This document shows, piece after piece, positions 46,848-59,680 of a stretch of 64,000 bases of DNA. Positions within the stretch are counted from its first letter, which is position 1. The number at the start of each line of letters is the position of its first letter. The translations under genes were made by a program, and so were the position numbers. Under the pieces are notes generated by a model. The model was not told where the DNA came from and did not search any database. It was given only the letters and a program-made list of their open reading frames with translations. The DNA is from Hormiphora californensis (lineage: Eukaryota; Animalia; Ctenophora), in contig CM035360.1 of assembly GCA_020137815.1 (NCBI GenBank), positions 1,488,001-1,552,000 of the forward strand. The letters are read 5' to 3'.

Positions 46848-48409
46848 CAGGGTGTCCCATATATTCTGTGGGTCGGTTGGCGAGCTGTCACGCAAAAACG
46901 GTGATAGTTGTGTGAAAACAAACTACGGGAGTGTGCTGGATTAATTCCTTCCTAACTGATGGCTTTGTTTTTAAATTAAATTTCAAAAGTTCATTTTTCA
47001 TGAATGAACATTCCTGTCATTCATTCGTGAATTCTGAAATATTGTTTACCTTGAGTAAAAAACTTTTCTTTGGCTCGAAATTATCTTTCCAATGAGCACC
47101 ATAAAAATCAAATTGAAGCACCGGATCGCATGGCAGGTGAGAAAATGCAAATGCATGATTTTGGCCATTCCTGCGACTTTCAATCAGCTGTATCACCGCT
47201 ACTTTCAGTTCAATCCTTTTAAAAGTTTGGGTGAACATTGGTGAAGATAAGATCTTTGCTCACAAGAAAAATCAAGGTCAAAACTCAAAGTTCATTTTTC
47301 ATTTTTGGTAGTTCATTCCACTCATTCAGGAACAAACATCCCTAAAGTGACGAAAAGGTTTGGGTTTTGTTTGGCCCATGTCCTGAAACCACAGAGAGGT
47401 GTAAAAACGTGTTTCCGGGCTAGTTAGTGGATGTCCATGTGATCATTATGATATCTGACACCTTTGCTGAGCCATAATTAAGAGATTTTCTCAAATTCAA
47501 ACATGGGATACGAGTATTCTGCAATTGGTATCGTGCACCAATAACAAGAGATCCCATAGCACCTCAAAAATTATGATTAGCTAAATGAAATGAGTTGATT
47601 CACGCTTGAAAATTTTCGTTTAGTCCGAATTTACATTGGTTTTAATCTTTTCAATCGTAAATCAACTCATTTTTAGCTAATCATAATTTTTGAGGTGCTA
47701 TGGGATCTCTTGTTATTGGTGCACGATACCAATCACAGAATACTCGTATCCCATGTTTGAATTTGAGAAAATCTCTTAATTATGGCTCAGCAAAGGTGTC
47801 AGATATCATAATGATCACATGGACACCCACTAACTAGCCCGGAAACACGTTTTTACACCTCTCTGTGGTTTCAGGACATGGGCCAAACAAAACCCAAACC
47901 TTTTCGTCACTTTAGGGATGTTTGTTCCTGAATGAGTGGAATGAACTACCAAAAATGAAAAATGAACTTTGAGTTTTGACCTTGATTTTTCTTGTGAGCA
48001 AAGATCTTATCTTCACCAATGTTCACCCAAACTTTTAAAAGGATTGAACTGAAAGTAGCGGTGATACAGCTGATTGAAAGTCGCAGGAATGGCCAAAATC
48101 ATGCATTTGCATTTTCTCACCTGCCATGCGATCCGGTGCTTCAATTTGATTTTTATGGTGCTCATTGGAAAGATAATTTCGAGCCAAAGAAAAGTTTTTT
48201 ACTCAAGGTAAACAATATTTCAGAATTCACGAATGAATGACAGGAATGTTCATTCATGAAAAATGAACTTTTGAAATTTAATTTAAAAACAAAGCCATCA
48301 GTTAGGAAGGAATTAATCCAGCACACTCCCGTAGTTTGTTTTCACACAACTATCACCGTTTTTGCGTGACAGCTCGCCAACCGACCCACAGAATATATGG
48401 GACACCCTG
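46848..48409. mobile_element. Tc1/mariner-type fold-back element, ~770-bp arms
   Basis: ta-cagggtgtcccatatattctgtgg ... ccacagaatatatgggacaccctg-ta; the mirror ORFs 47017-47238(-) and 48019-48240(+) are identical. Confidence 0.9.
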
Positions 48410-48543
48410 TATATACTCTCTTTAGAAGCATACCAACTCTATGTATAGCTCTCTCTCTCTCTCACCAACTAAAGCTTGTTTTCTAATATACCAAAAAGAA
48501 TTGCTGCAAACACACGTCATGAGAAAAAAGGCAGCCTTCCCTA

Positions 48544-49336
48544 TAGTAGAGTCGATAACTACATCGACCTCTCCCAATTGTTCCAGTTTTTATCACATCT
48601 GTTTGGAGCCTCGACACGACCTCTAAACAGGTGTTACTTTTTCACAAACTGTTTTCATCTTGGTGTAATAAGCAGTTGAAATGTTGCTGATCATAACAAA
48701 AACCTAACTATTTTTTTTCAACTTGGGGTAAAACCATGGGTGTCAAAAGTTAGCTCTAGGTCCCCTGAGTAACCATCCGGAGACTCTAAGAGATATTTCA
48801 AGCCGTTCTCCCGTAATCATTAATCCCGGTGGAGAAAAAAACACAATGCGGACGTACGTGAGCGCTGGCAGGCTGTTTACATGTTATTGTATGTCTCTCA
48901 CTCTCTCTGGAAAAACCGCACGTGCGGTTGCGCCGCGCGAGATAACTCTTTCTCAAGGGGGAGAAAAGAGAGAGACGCACATTAACGTTATACATTAAAG
49001 TTGAGGTTGAAGGCAATTGCACGTACGTCCATACTCAAATATGTGCTCTACCGGGATTAATGATTACAGAAGAACGGCTTGAAATATCTCTTAGAGTCTC
49101 CAGATGGTTACTCAGGGGACCTAGAGCTAACTTTTGACACCCATGGTTTTACCCCAAGTTGAAAAAAAATAGTTAGGTTTTTGTTATGATCACCAACATT
49201 TCAACTGCTTATTACACCAAGATGAAAACAGTTTGTGAAAAAGTAACACCTGTTTAGAGGTCGTGTCGAGGCTCCAAACAGATGTGACAAAAACTGGAAC
49301 AATTGGGAGAGGTCGATGTAGTTATCGACTCTACTA
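48544..49336. mobile_element. Academ-like non-autonomous element with ~290-bp TIRs
   Basis: cta-tagtagagtcgataactacatcgacc ... ggtcgatgtagttatcgactctacta-cta: TAG termini and 3-bp TSD. Confidence 0.8.
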
Positions 49337-49560
49337 CTAGCCCGGCCAAGTCAAAGTGTAATAGTGATAAATTGCCACATTAAACTTGGATATAAAGAGA
49401 GAGCTAGAGAGCAGAGCTAAAATAATAACCAGTAATATAATTTGAGTTTATAGTTTTTCTCTCCCTCGCACACTTTACCGCAGGGCATAAAAGATTTGAG
49501 GGAGATTTGAGCGAGATCATAGTATGGGGCCTCAATCCCTCTCAGTATATCTATCTCTCT

Positions 49561-52210
49561 CTACAAGTCGGCTGGGATCTTGATCGTTTTTGGCTTCTCC
49601 CAGCTAAATTCAGGGTTACCAAAGTGGCCATACCGGGCTGTTGATCGGTAGATAGGTTTCCTCAGATCCAGCTCCCTGTAGGAAAGTAAGGTGGTGAGAA
49701 ACATGATTAAAAAAGGAGTAGGGATGTTGTGGTTTGTAAATTGATCACGGTCGAACCGCCACTTCTAAAGAGAGGCCGAGTTTAATTACTTGACGATGTT
49801 GCCCGGTCGAAGATCGAAGTTTTCATTGACGATCCTGAGAAGCTGAGATTCAGTGAACTTGCAAGTACCGTATGGGAACACAGAAACAGAGAGGGGCTTG
49901 GCCAGGCCAATAGCGTAGGACACCTGGGAAAGAAAGGTTTCAATGTGATATTTCAATTTGGGATTTACAGACTTAAATATTCCCACGCCGCGCGCGACAC
50001 TGCTTAAATGGTGTACTTGAGTAGTAAGCCGCGCACCGCTCCCTACCTGCACTAAAACTCGCTTGCAGATCTTTGCCTTGACGAGCGATTTGGCGACCCA
50101 TCGAGCTGCATAGGCAGCACTTCGGTCAACTTTAGTAGGGTCCTTTCCTGAGAAGGCACCGCCACCATGGGCACCCCATCCACCATAGGTGTCCACAATG
50201 ATCTTCCGGCCGGTCAAACCAGCATCTCCCTTAGAGTGAATTAGTGTTAATAATTAGAATTAGTGTTAGTGATTGAAATTCAAATTGGCAATTACAGAGA
50301 GTCGTTAAATGGATGTCATTCTTTAAACTTACACAAGGTCCACCGATAACGAACTGGCCAGAGGGATTGATATGGTATACAGTCTGTTCATCTAGCAGAT
50401 TTTCAGGCAAAACGGTCTGGGAAGTGGGAAGATAGTTGTTTAGTTTTCAAATCCCAAACTTCTATTTTCACTGGTTAGCAAGTATTCCACTTGTAAACCA
50501 TTATTCAACTAATCAATAGCTAATGTTACCTTCACGATTTTCTCCATAATTTCAACCCTGAGCTGCTGCTGAGTAATATCGGCTGCGTGCTGAGTGCTCA
50601 CGACGACGGTGTGAATTCTCAGGGGTCGGATATCACCATTATCATCCAGATATTCAACTGTCACCTGATTTAGGGGTTGTGGGTGTCAGGTGGGGTGTTA
50701 GGTGCGGGTTGTGGGTGTGTAGTGTGTAGTGGACTAGATATCAGGGGTACCAAGAAATAGTAATTTCAATAGCGTAAATTCTAGGGAAGTTTATTATGGC
50801 ACCTCCAAATGAAACTAGATTCTGGTGCCATACCTGAGATTTGGTATCAGGTCGAAGCCATGACATGGTTCCATTTTTCCTGCACTCTGCCATTTTCTTG
50901 CTCAGGTCATGGGCAAGGGTCAGGGTGAGGGGCATGCACTCCTCTGTCTCGTCAGTAGCATAACCGAACATGAGACCCTGAAATAAGAATTTAGTGGTAC
51001 TAAAAACACGAGCTGCCCTCTGAGGCTCTGACTTCGTTAACAGTTGAAAAAAGTTGTCTCAGGTCTCTCTCTCAATTCTCTCTCTCTCCCTATATATAGC
51101 TATCTCAACACCCTCTGCAGGGTGCAATCATGGGAGGATAATTGGAAATATGATCCACTCATTTGAAATTTGATACAGAGTGCAGCATAATATCCAGCCT
51201 ACTCGTTGAAAAAACTTGTTTCTGAGTCAGACTGTTACACTGACGTCATAGAAATGAGATAGGAGACAGGACGCTTTGATAAAAGACAGTCTTTAATAAT
51301 GTTACACGTGAGAAACTCGAACATAATTAAAAAATGCATCAAATCTTCCACCCCCTTCTTACCTGATCTCCAGCACCCTGCTCCCCAGAATCTGTCGATG
51401 TGGTGACACAGTCACTTATTTCCTGGGACTGCTGGCCAATAGCAACCATCACTCCACAGGTCTTGTAATCAAAACCTGGAAGGGGGGGTTGTAAGGAACT
51501 ATGATGGGGAATACAATTGTATTGAGCACTGTACAGTACAGCAGTCAGCACAGTACAGTACAGTTTATGTGTGGAGCTTTATTTGTACAATATGATCACT
51601 CTTCAAATTAGAGGTCTACACATGAAAATATATACACCGTGCCTCGCTTCATTCTTCACCAATGAACCAATACAAGTTTTAGTTATATGTTCTAACCCTC
51701 CTTTACATTTGTAAATAAAAGGGCGGAACTCGCGAAAAGGGGGTCGAGCTAGGCAGGTTTTACGCACCTTTGGATGAGCAATCGTATCCAATATCCCTGA
51801 TAGTTTCCCGGATCACTCTCTGGTAGTCCACAATGGCATTAGTTGTAATCTCACCAAAGGCCATTACGAATCCAGTTGTAGTGGCACTCTCTGTAGGAGA
51901 GAAATGGGATGAATTACCAAGCAAACTATACTATTCAGTCGGAACAACTCAAGATAACAGACAATAAAGGCGGAGTAAACGACCAAGGGCGTGGAATTGT
52001 CATCTATTTTAAAAGAAATCTAACAAAATAAAAGAAGATTTATTTATCTTCTAAATACAGCTAGGTACAACAGATTGACTTACCGCAAGCTACTCGGCTC
52101 ATGGGGTCCTGTTTCAGGCACTCATCTAGCACCGTATCAGAGACCTGATCACAGATCTTATCGGGATGGCCCTCACCCACACTCTCAGATGTAAATAGGA
52201 AGGTCGACAT
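49561..52210 (-). CDS. MAT: S-adenosylmethionine synthetase, 9 coding exons
   Basis: [106 protein letters not shown]...WEKPK. Confidence 0.97.
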
Positions 52211-52430
52211 GTCTCTTAGTTGATCTCGCTATAATAGGAGAGGGAGGGAGAGAGCAGGGGTTAGTTTCACAAGTAACAGAAGGAGAGAGGGGTCTACCAC
52301 AAAGCAATAGTGAGCAGAGAGGGAAATGGGTTTAATGAAAAGGGTCAGCACACACACACACACACACATAGTGATGTTGGTTGTTAAACAGTGAGAGGGA
52401 ATGATGAGGTGATGGGGGACACGGCGTGAC

Positions 52431-52475
<45 letters not shown>

Positions 52476-52484
52476 GAGAGGGGA

Positions 52485-52526
<42 letters not shown>

Positions 52527-52854
52527 CATGCACTAATCACCACACATCTCTCTTGCTCTTCTGCGCTCTCTCTCTTCTCTCGTCTCGTCATCTGGGCGCG
52601 TCGTCATCTCTCGCTCTCTCTTACCGCTCTCTTCTTCTCTCGCTCCTTTTCTTCTCCTCTCTCTCGCTCTGCGCGCTCTCTCTCTCTCTCCTCGCTCTCA
52701 TCTCTCTCTCTCCTCTCTCGCGCTTTCGTCTCTCTCTCTCGCTTCTCTTCTCGCTCTCCTCTCTCTCTCTGCTCTCTCTCTCGCTCTCTCTCTTCTCTCT
52801 TCTCTCTCTCTCGCTCTCTCTCTCTCCTTCTCTCTCTCTCTCTCTCTCTCCTCG

Positions 52855-52885
<31 letters not shown>

Positions 52886-55800
52886 TCTCTGCTCTCTTTC
52901 TCCTCCTTCGGCGCCTTTTCTTCTCCCATTCACAAACCGATACTCACACATACAATGGATACTGATAAAATTCAACAGCCAACACGGAAATATTAGTCTC
53001 TTTGATTGGCAAAGGTAGATAATTGACAAAGAAAAGAGTTACAACAAAACATGTTACCATTTAAACATTACAAAAAAAAAATTCAACATAAAATGTAGAG
53101 TAGAGAGATAGAGAAGATGGCGACTATATATATAAAATAGGCTACATATTGTATAGAAAACCCGAGTCTAGTACGTGGTGTCATGGTATGTTTGCTGCAA
53201 ACAAAACTGCACAAGAACAGGTTTGACCTGCTTTCAATGCGGCCCCTCTTATACCCACAGTCCCCTCTCCCTGAACAGACAACTACCCAGCTACGCAAAC
53301 AAAGCGGGAGATTAAACCAATCAGAGAAGAGAAGAGGGACAATCGAGCCAATGAGAGAGCAGGATTTGATCACGTGATTAGTTGTTTACACAAGCGAGAA
53401 CCCTCTCCTTGATTTCGAAGTTGCGGGAAAGGGATTGTGATCCAAAATGAGATTTATTACCGCTGAGAAACTGGAAATTTTTCGAAAAGTTTGGTTTCAC
53501 AGTTAAACCTGTTTTGCAGGAATTGAGGGGCGGAATGTGATGGATATATCTGAAGCCAAGGAACTATGACCTGACGGTCAGGCCCTGACCACGCCGGGCA
53601 TAAGATAATCGGACGATGGGGCGTTTACTTGGAATTCGGAAACAAGCTACTTAAACTTGCAGGAGAAGGTAGAGAAAACAAGAAAGGAAAGAAAAAAAAG
53701 ATGAGGAGAATTAATATTGTACCAAACTAGCCCTTTTTCCAAGATTCTATGACGATGGGATGTTTACTTAGATTGAGCATTTACTTAGAACCGGGTCGCA
53801 CGATGCTCACAGGGCAAGCTACGGGAAACATGCAGGAGAGGGTGGGAAAAATGAAACATAGAGACGTGATACAGGGGGCATATTATGACATAAAATAACA
53901 CCATTATGTGACTTTTAAAATCAGTAACAGACAAAATCAGACATAACATATTATAACAATTAAAACACGACTACAAGACTGCAGTCTCAGTCGACTGAGA
54001 CAACAGACGTCACAGTCTTTTTGTGAGTAGCAGAAAATTAGAAAAATGTTTTTATCAAGTGTCTCTCAGTGTCTCTGAGTGACTCCCTAGTCCCTACGCA
54101 AGAGATGGGGCCATAAAAATGAATTTCAGAATAATTCATTTAACTCTGCACCGGGGACAGACTTCCGCGAGAGAGAGGGTGAGAATGAGGGGGATGAGAG
54201 AGAGAGATGGAAAAAGATAGAGAGGGTTGAGGGAGAAAGAGAGTGAGGGAGACAGATTAAAAAGATAGGAAGAAAGATAGATAGAGGTGAGGAGAGAGCG
54301 AGGGAGAGAGGGAAGTACCCTTTGGAGACGTCTGAAGGGAGGGTAAAATAACATTGGACACTGGACAAATAACTAGAAACATAACGTGACATACATTGGG
54401 ACCGCGGAAGAGGGTTGGCTAAACCTAATAGACGAATGGCCAAAAATAATATTGCTATGTTTGTTTATTTGGGGTTTTTTGCAGTTGCACACTCTCTCTA
54501 TCTCTCTCTCTCTCTCGCTCTCTCTCGCTCTCTCTCGCTCTCTCTCTCTCTCTCTCCTCTCTTGCTCTCACTATCTCTCAATATTTTATTCAACATTCTC
54601 TCTTTTCAGCCTATCGTTTCTCAAGTTCACGTTAAGCCAACATCAAACGCAGATAGACACGTATAGACACGTATAGACACGTATAGACACGTAAAGTGAA
54701 AACACACAGCAATGATCTTCAAATCAATCAAAATCAAAGACCCGTTTTATTTTATGAATTTGATCAGCAAGGAAAAAGGGGGCTTCTGAAGTTTAACTTA
54801 CCTTTCCTAGGCTCCAGTCCATGATTTACAACTATTTACACACACGGAGGGCTAACTACAATGTTGTGTACAGAGTTATGATGAGAGAACAGGAAATGAG
54901 GGGGTGCACTGATAAATTGGGATTTGTATAGATTGGGTCGAGTCACCTGACACTGTGTCCGTGCTCTGGAGTAAAAAGAAAGTATGAACAATTCAAACAT
55001 TGGGTATAAAATGGAATGTACAAATTGGGAGTGACGATAGAAGTTGGAAGTTATAAGTCGTGTACAAATTGCACCACACTCTCTCAGAACGTTTAGCTGG
55101 AGAATATAAAAGAAGGAAGAGGCCAATAGAGTGCTAATTGGCAGTTAACTAACGGTATATAATATTGTATAGAAAAACAGTAAACCCCTGCACAATATAT
55201 CGATATAAAAAGAGCCAAATTTCAGCAAAAAACGGCCTCAATCGTGTATTCGCGACTTTTTAAGCAGTTACTTCACACGGAAATACACATATAAAATGAG
55301 ATTGGATAATTGAACTCATGCGAGTGACATTATGTAGGACATATGGTGTGATAATTTATATGTGGGGGAAATGTTGTGTCTGAAAACGTGGTGTCTAGTA
55401 AAGAGAGTTGTTTTTATCTTGTCTCACCGGCCCCACTTTGAATTAATTTGACGGACACGGTGGCTACTGACTAGGTCCCAATATGGTGGCTACGTCCCAC
55501 GACTGACTTTATCAGCTTACCTTGTAAAGGTTTTCCAGTTAATAGTTGGGGTTGGTTGAAATAGTTTTCCAAATGATATATCAAAACACGTAGTCAGTCG
55601 ATACAAAAACAGAAATGAAAATCACGGGATAATGCCAGGTTTTATACCTCTCTTTCTCTCTCTCTCTCTGACACCGTGGCCTTGTGACAAAACCAGCACC
55701 GCCGCAAGGTCTAAACCAGTTTAAACCTGTTAAATCTCTCCTGCATCTCTCTCTTTGTGTTTATGTAAACAATGCAATTCTGGAAACCAGCCAAGTAATC

Positions 55801-56661
55801 ATATTTCCGGAAACAGGGCCCTTCAATCAGGTTTGCCTGAGAAAGTCTAAACGTGATTGCAGATCGTAGTAACATGATTTGTTGAATCTTTCACTAAGAT
55901 CAAGTACATGCAGGTAACTTTGCTCCTCCTTTTCTTAGTAGTGAGAACCCATCACAAATGGGCGATGGACGTTGCCCAAACATAGCGCTGCTATACATTA
56001 GCAACCGATATATTTCCTGTACAGCACTTCCAATTTGTTGTTACTCAACAACTTCCAATGGGCTGGGTCCCACACCTTCTGTTATTCTTGTCACTTCTAG
56101 GGGGATTGTCTTGTTTTCTCACGCATTGCAGTATAACCTGTTCACCAAACCTCATGATCAAGTATAATAGCTTATGATAGACACAAGGTGGGGGACCTGG
56201 GACATATATATATTGGCATAAAACCAACGGCTGGTTCAATATTGTACTGGGTGTTCGTAGAATTATATAGCACAGCTGTATACTTGTGGTTTTCACTTTT
56301 AAAAAGTCTCTTTTAAAAAGTCTTAACTGGTCTACACTGTGAATATGATGAAAACTGGTTATTTGTTGGACTATCTCTACTGGCAATGCAGTTACAAACA
56401 GTCATGCTCCTCCTGTCACGAGGGAGGGTGAGGGGGGGGGGGGGGCGGTTCTCCCTCCATCTGGGAACAAGATTCTTGGTAGGAAGTCGTGACTCACGAT
56501 CCCTTATTAGATAAGTTACAACAACATGTAGGCATAGGCTGGTAACATTCTTCTCTCGCCTCTTTATTTAGATAACTGGTTTTCATTATTTTTGTTGTTT
56601 TCTGTCTCTTCTGATTCTTCAAATCACAATGTTTCAGTGCAAAACTTCGTGTATGAGGGAC

Positions 56662-56863
56662 CAGTTACATATTTGGAACCGGGCGTCAGTTTCCTGATGG
56701 GAGAATTTTTTCACACAACTCCCCATTCATTCTAGCTGTAAATTTAGTCGCGCATTGTAAATTATGACGCACAGCATGGTTCAATCGGGAATCTACCATC
56801 AGGAATCTCACATCAGGAATCTCCCATCAGGAAACTGACGCCCGGTTCCAAATCTGTAACTGG
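56662..56863. mobile_element. Probable MITE with ~42-bp TIR
   Basis: ccagttacatatttggaaccgggcgtcagtttcctgatgggaga / tctcccatcaggaaactgacgcccggttccaaatctgtaactgg; TSD unclear. Confidence 0.6.
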
Positions 56864-57288
56864 AGCGTTATGATCGGTAAGGTGAAGAAGAGGTACATGA
56901 ATTGCATAAGTCGTGTGACGTGTTCGTATGCATGAGTGAAGATTCGAAATATGCTCCGGAGGTTGGCTTTAGTAAGTGAAAGTTATGGAACCTCGTACTG
57001 TATGAAAGTTGAAGGTATGTCACACATGTTGCGAGATACTATTGGAACCGTCTCAGTCAAAGCAGCGTAGTGTTTCTATACAAAGTACGTTTTTGGGGGG
57101 AAAAAAAGTCCAAATTTTAGCTTTATTTTTACCAATTTTTCGTATATTAAATTAGGCTTATATTTCCATAGGTTTCTTCGTCTCGACCAACCAAGTGGGT
57201 CTTGTAAAGACGCCGAATTTAACCAAATTTCTAGTTTTGTAAAAAAAATCAGTTTCAGAAATCAAATTTCAAAATCTTAAGTTTTTAA

Positions 57289-57719
57289 AGTCGGATTTTT
57301 TGAAACTGTCACCCCAAAATGACCGCGCATGTGAAATTGATCAATTTTGATGCGCACACCACACGTTAACATATGATGTGACGCGCAAAAACATTCCGCG
57401 CACGAAAAGGGAAAACGTTAAAATCTGGGTGCCTTTCATTGCTAACAATTCGTAGTTTTGGCGCGCGCGACGGGTTAGGGCTATCCGTTAGGGTCTGGTT
57501 AGGGTTTGGTTTGGGGTTATCGGTTAGGGCTATCGATTCTCTAACTGATACCGTTTAGTTTACTCAAATCGGCCATGTGGTTCCATGGCTATAGCCGGTT
57601 GAAAAAAGTCGGTCTAAGTATACTCTTTTGGTAGCGCGCACCTGTAAACAGGCTGCAAGGCACCCATATTATAATCGCGCCCCACGAAAAGGGGGGTGAC
57701 AGTTTCAAAAAATCCGACT
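57289..57719. mobile_element. Kolobok-like MITE (TTAA TSD) carrying a 9-bp-TSD MITE at 57410-57682
   Basis: Outer ttaa-agtcggattttttg...caaaaaatccgact-ttaa; inner TSD cacgaaaag; an uninterrupted outer copy at 2985-3133 shows the empty site. Confidence 0.88.
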
Positions 57720-58266
57720 TTAAATTGCGAGATTTTTTCCCTGCCCGGGTGGATGCCCGAAGGGCATCCACCCGGATGATCGTTTTAGCACGTGTGCTAA
57801 AAAGATCATAAAGGGTTTAGAAATCTCGGATTTGAAATAGTAACTCGAGCGTGGTCAAAATCGCGTGTGTCACGGTAGCAGCATAGTAACTGCTCCTTCA
57901 TAAAATCAAATAACTGTTTTGATGAAATATGATGTCAGGACGCTTATTTTTCAAAGCTGTGCGCGGCGCTCACAACAATGTTGCTGAAGGGGTGAGGGTA
58001 GAGTAAAACAGCTGTGTAACTGCATACAGGACGCATGCATCTCACATTGTGACCAAGCCTTGATATTGTGATACTGATAGTGTGATACTGATCCTGTCGA
58101 CGGAGGGCAGGGAAACACCGCATTATGAATACATAATGCAATAATTCTTGTTTAAAGGAAAATTTCACAACAAAAATTGCGTAAAAACACAAACAAAACA
58201 ATAAATCAATTCATCCTCGGATCAATACATCCTCGGATCCTCACGTTCTTCTCATTCCACTCTTCC

Positions 58267-59290
58267 TCAGGTCACCAGTTCAGTATTTGTTAGACTAGTG
58301 ATAGCAATCTTCCTCCGATTTCCTCTTAATGCAATGAGGCATGATCTCAGGAGGGAGAATCGTAGCCTCGTCCTCAGATGAGCCATAACTTCACTATACG
58401 GTTCTCCGGTTCTTGTGGAGATTCGGTGTGAGAGAGTCTTTAGCACCTTTTCGAACTCATTGGCTATCCCACCTGCTGTATTCATAACCAGCGGAGAGAA
58501 GGCACCCCCTTCAACTTCTCGTACACGTTTTCCGTACGACTGCTTCTTGCTGGCCTCGTTTCTTCGGTAGAGTTGGTCGAGGGGCGTGTCGATATAGGAG
58601 GGCGAATTGGCATGGAAAATTCGCACATCCATATGAGCAAGCTACATTTTTCGCCACATGTCAAGTGCGACCACATCCATCCTTGCATCAGGGGTTGGCA
58701 AACGTTGCTGCGCCACGCGCAGCGCGGGATAAGGCAGCGCTTTTCAAGGAAAACGTTAAAATCTGGGTGCCTTGCATTGCTAACAATTCATCGATTTTAG
58801 CGCGCGCGACGGGTTAGGGCTGTTGTTAGGGTCGGGTTAGGGTTTGGTATGGGGTTATCGGTTAGGGCTATCGATTCTCTATCAGTTACCGTTTAGTTTA
58901 CTCAAATTGGCCATGTGGTTGCGTGGCTATAGCCGTTTGAAAAAAGTCGGTCTAAGTGGTTTTAGGTGTACTTTTTTGGCAGCGCGCACCTGTAAACACG
59001 CTGCAAGGCACCCAGATTATAGTCTGATTTTAAATAACTGTCGTTTTTTAGAGTTTTCAAATTTCTTTAAATGACCATAAGTCCGGTTCCTGATGAGATA
59101 GAGACTTGAAATTTGGAGGTTACGAAGATCTTGATAAGTTCTTCCGAACCTCCAAATTTCAAGTCTCTATCTTATCAGGAACCGGAGATATGACAAATTT
59201 TGTTATTTCAGGGGTACGACAGTTTCAAAAAATCCGACTTTATAATCGCGCCCGCTTTTCAACATCAGGGGCTGTGTTTGCCGAAGGGTG
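58267..59290 (-). mobile_element. CRE-like RLE fragment interrupted by three nested insertions (58696-59262)
   Basis: PSANTAPD|ARMDVVALDMWRKM*LAHMDVRIFHANSPSY...GAFSPLVMNTAGG...LRTRLRFSLLRSCLIALRG rejoins across the duplication catcagggg. Confidence 0.8.
58748..59253 (+). mobile_element. 9-bp-TSD MITE with a nested Kolobok-like MITE (59021-59239)
   Basis: TSD gcttttcaa (58739-58747/59254-59262); inner element flanked by ttat duplication. Confidence 0.85.
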
Positions 59291-59439
59291 AAATATAAGT
59301 AAAAAACAGTAAATATTATAAATTATAAAAGAAGCCACATGCATCTGGCCTAACAATGTCAATAATAGTATATATAAATTGTTTTTGCCTGACTGGCTAC
59401 ACGAAGAAAATCACATAAAATACATGCAACAGTTAAAGA

Positions 59440-59680
59440 CTAGTATGTATGGTACAGATCTGATGAAGAGCCATCATTCTTGTTCCTTCCTCTGTAACCC
59501 CGAATAGAACAAGTTATGGAGCGGACCATTGAAAATGATAGACGAACACGGAGGTATCGAATACACTCCTGGTAGGTATAGCCAGTTTTCCGCGATTTCT
59601 TGGTTGCGAGTTGCTTCAGAGTTCTGCTGAACTCTTGACCAAGTCCACCGGTCGTTGACATAACGAGGGGAGTAAAAGAA
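59440..59680 (-). mobile_element. Third CRE-like RLE 3' fragment
   Basis: FTPLVMSTTGGLGQEF...LRVRLSFSMVRSITCSIRGYR. Confidence 0.7.

Noticed and set aside
47017-48240. Identical 73-aa ORFs on opposite strands
   Set aside because: Mirror images within the inverted arms; no transposase motif.
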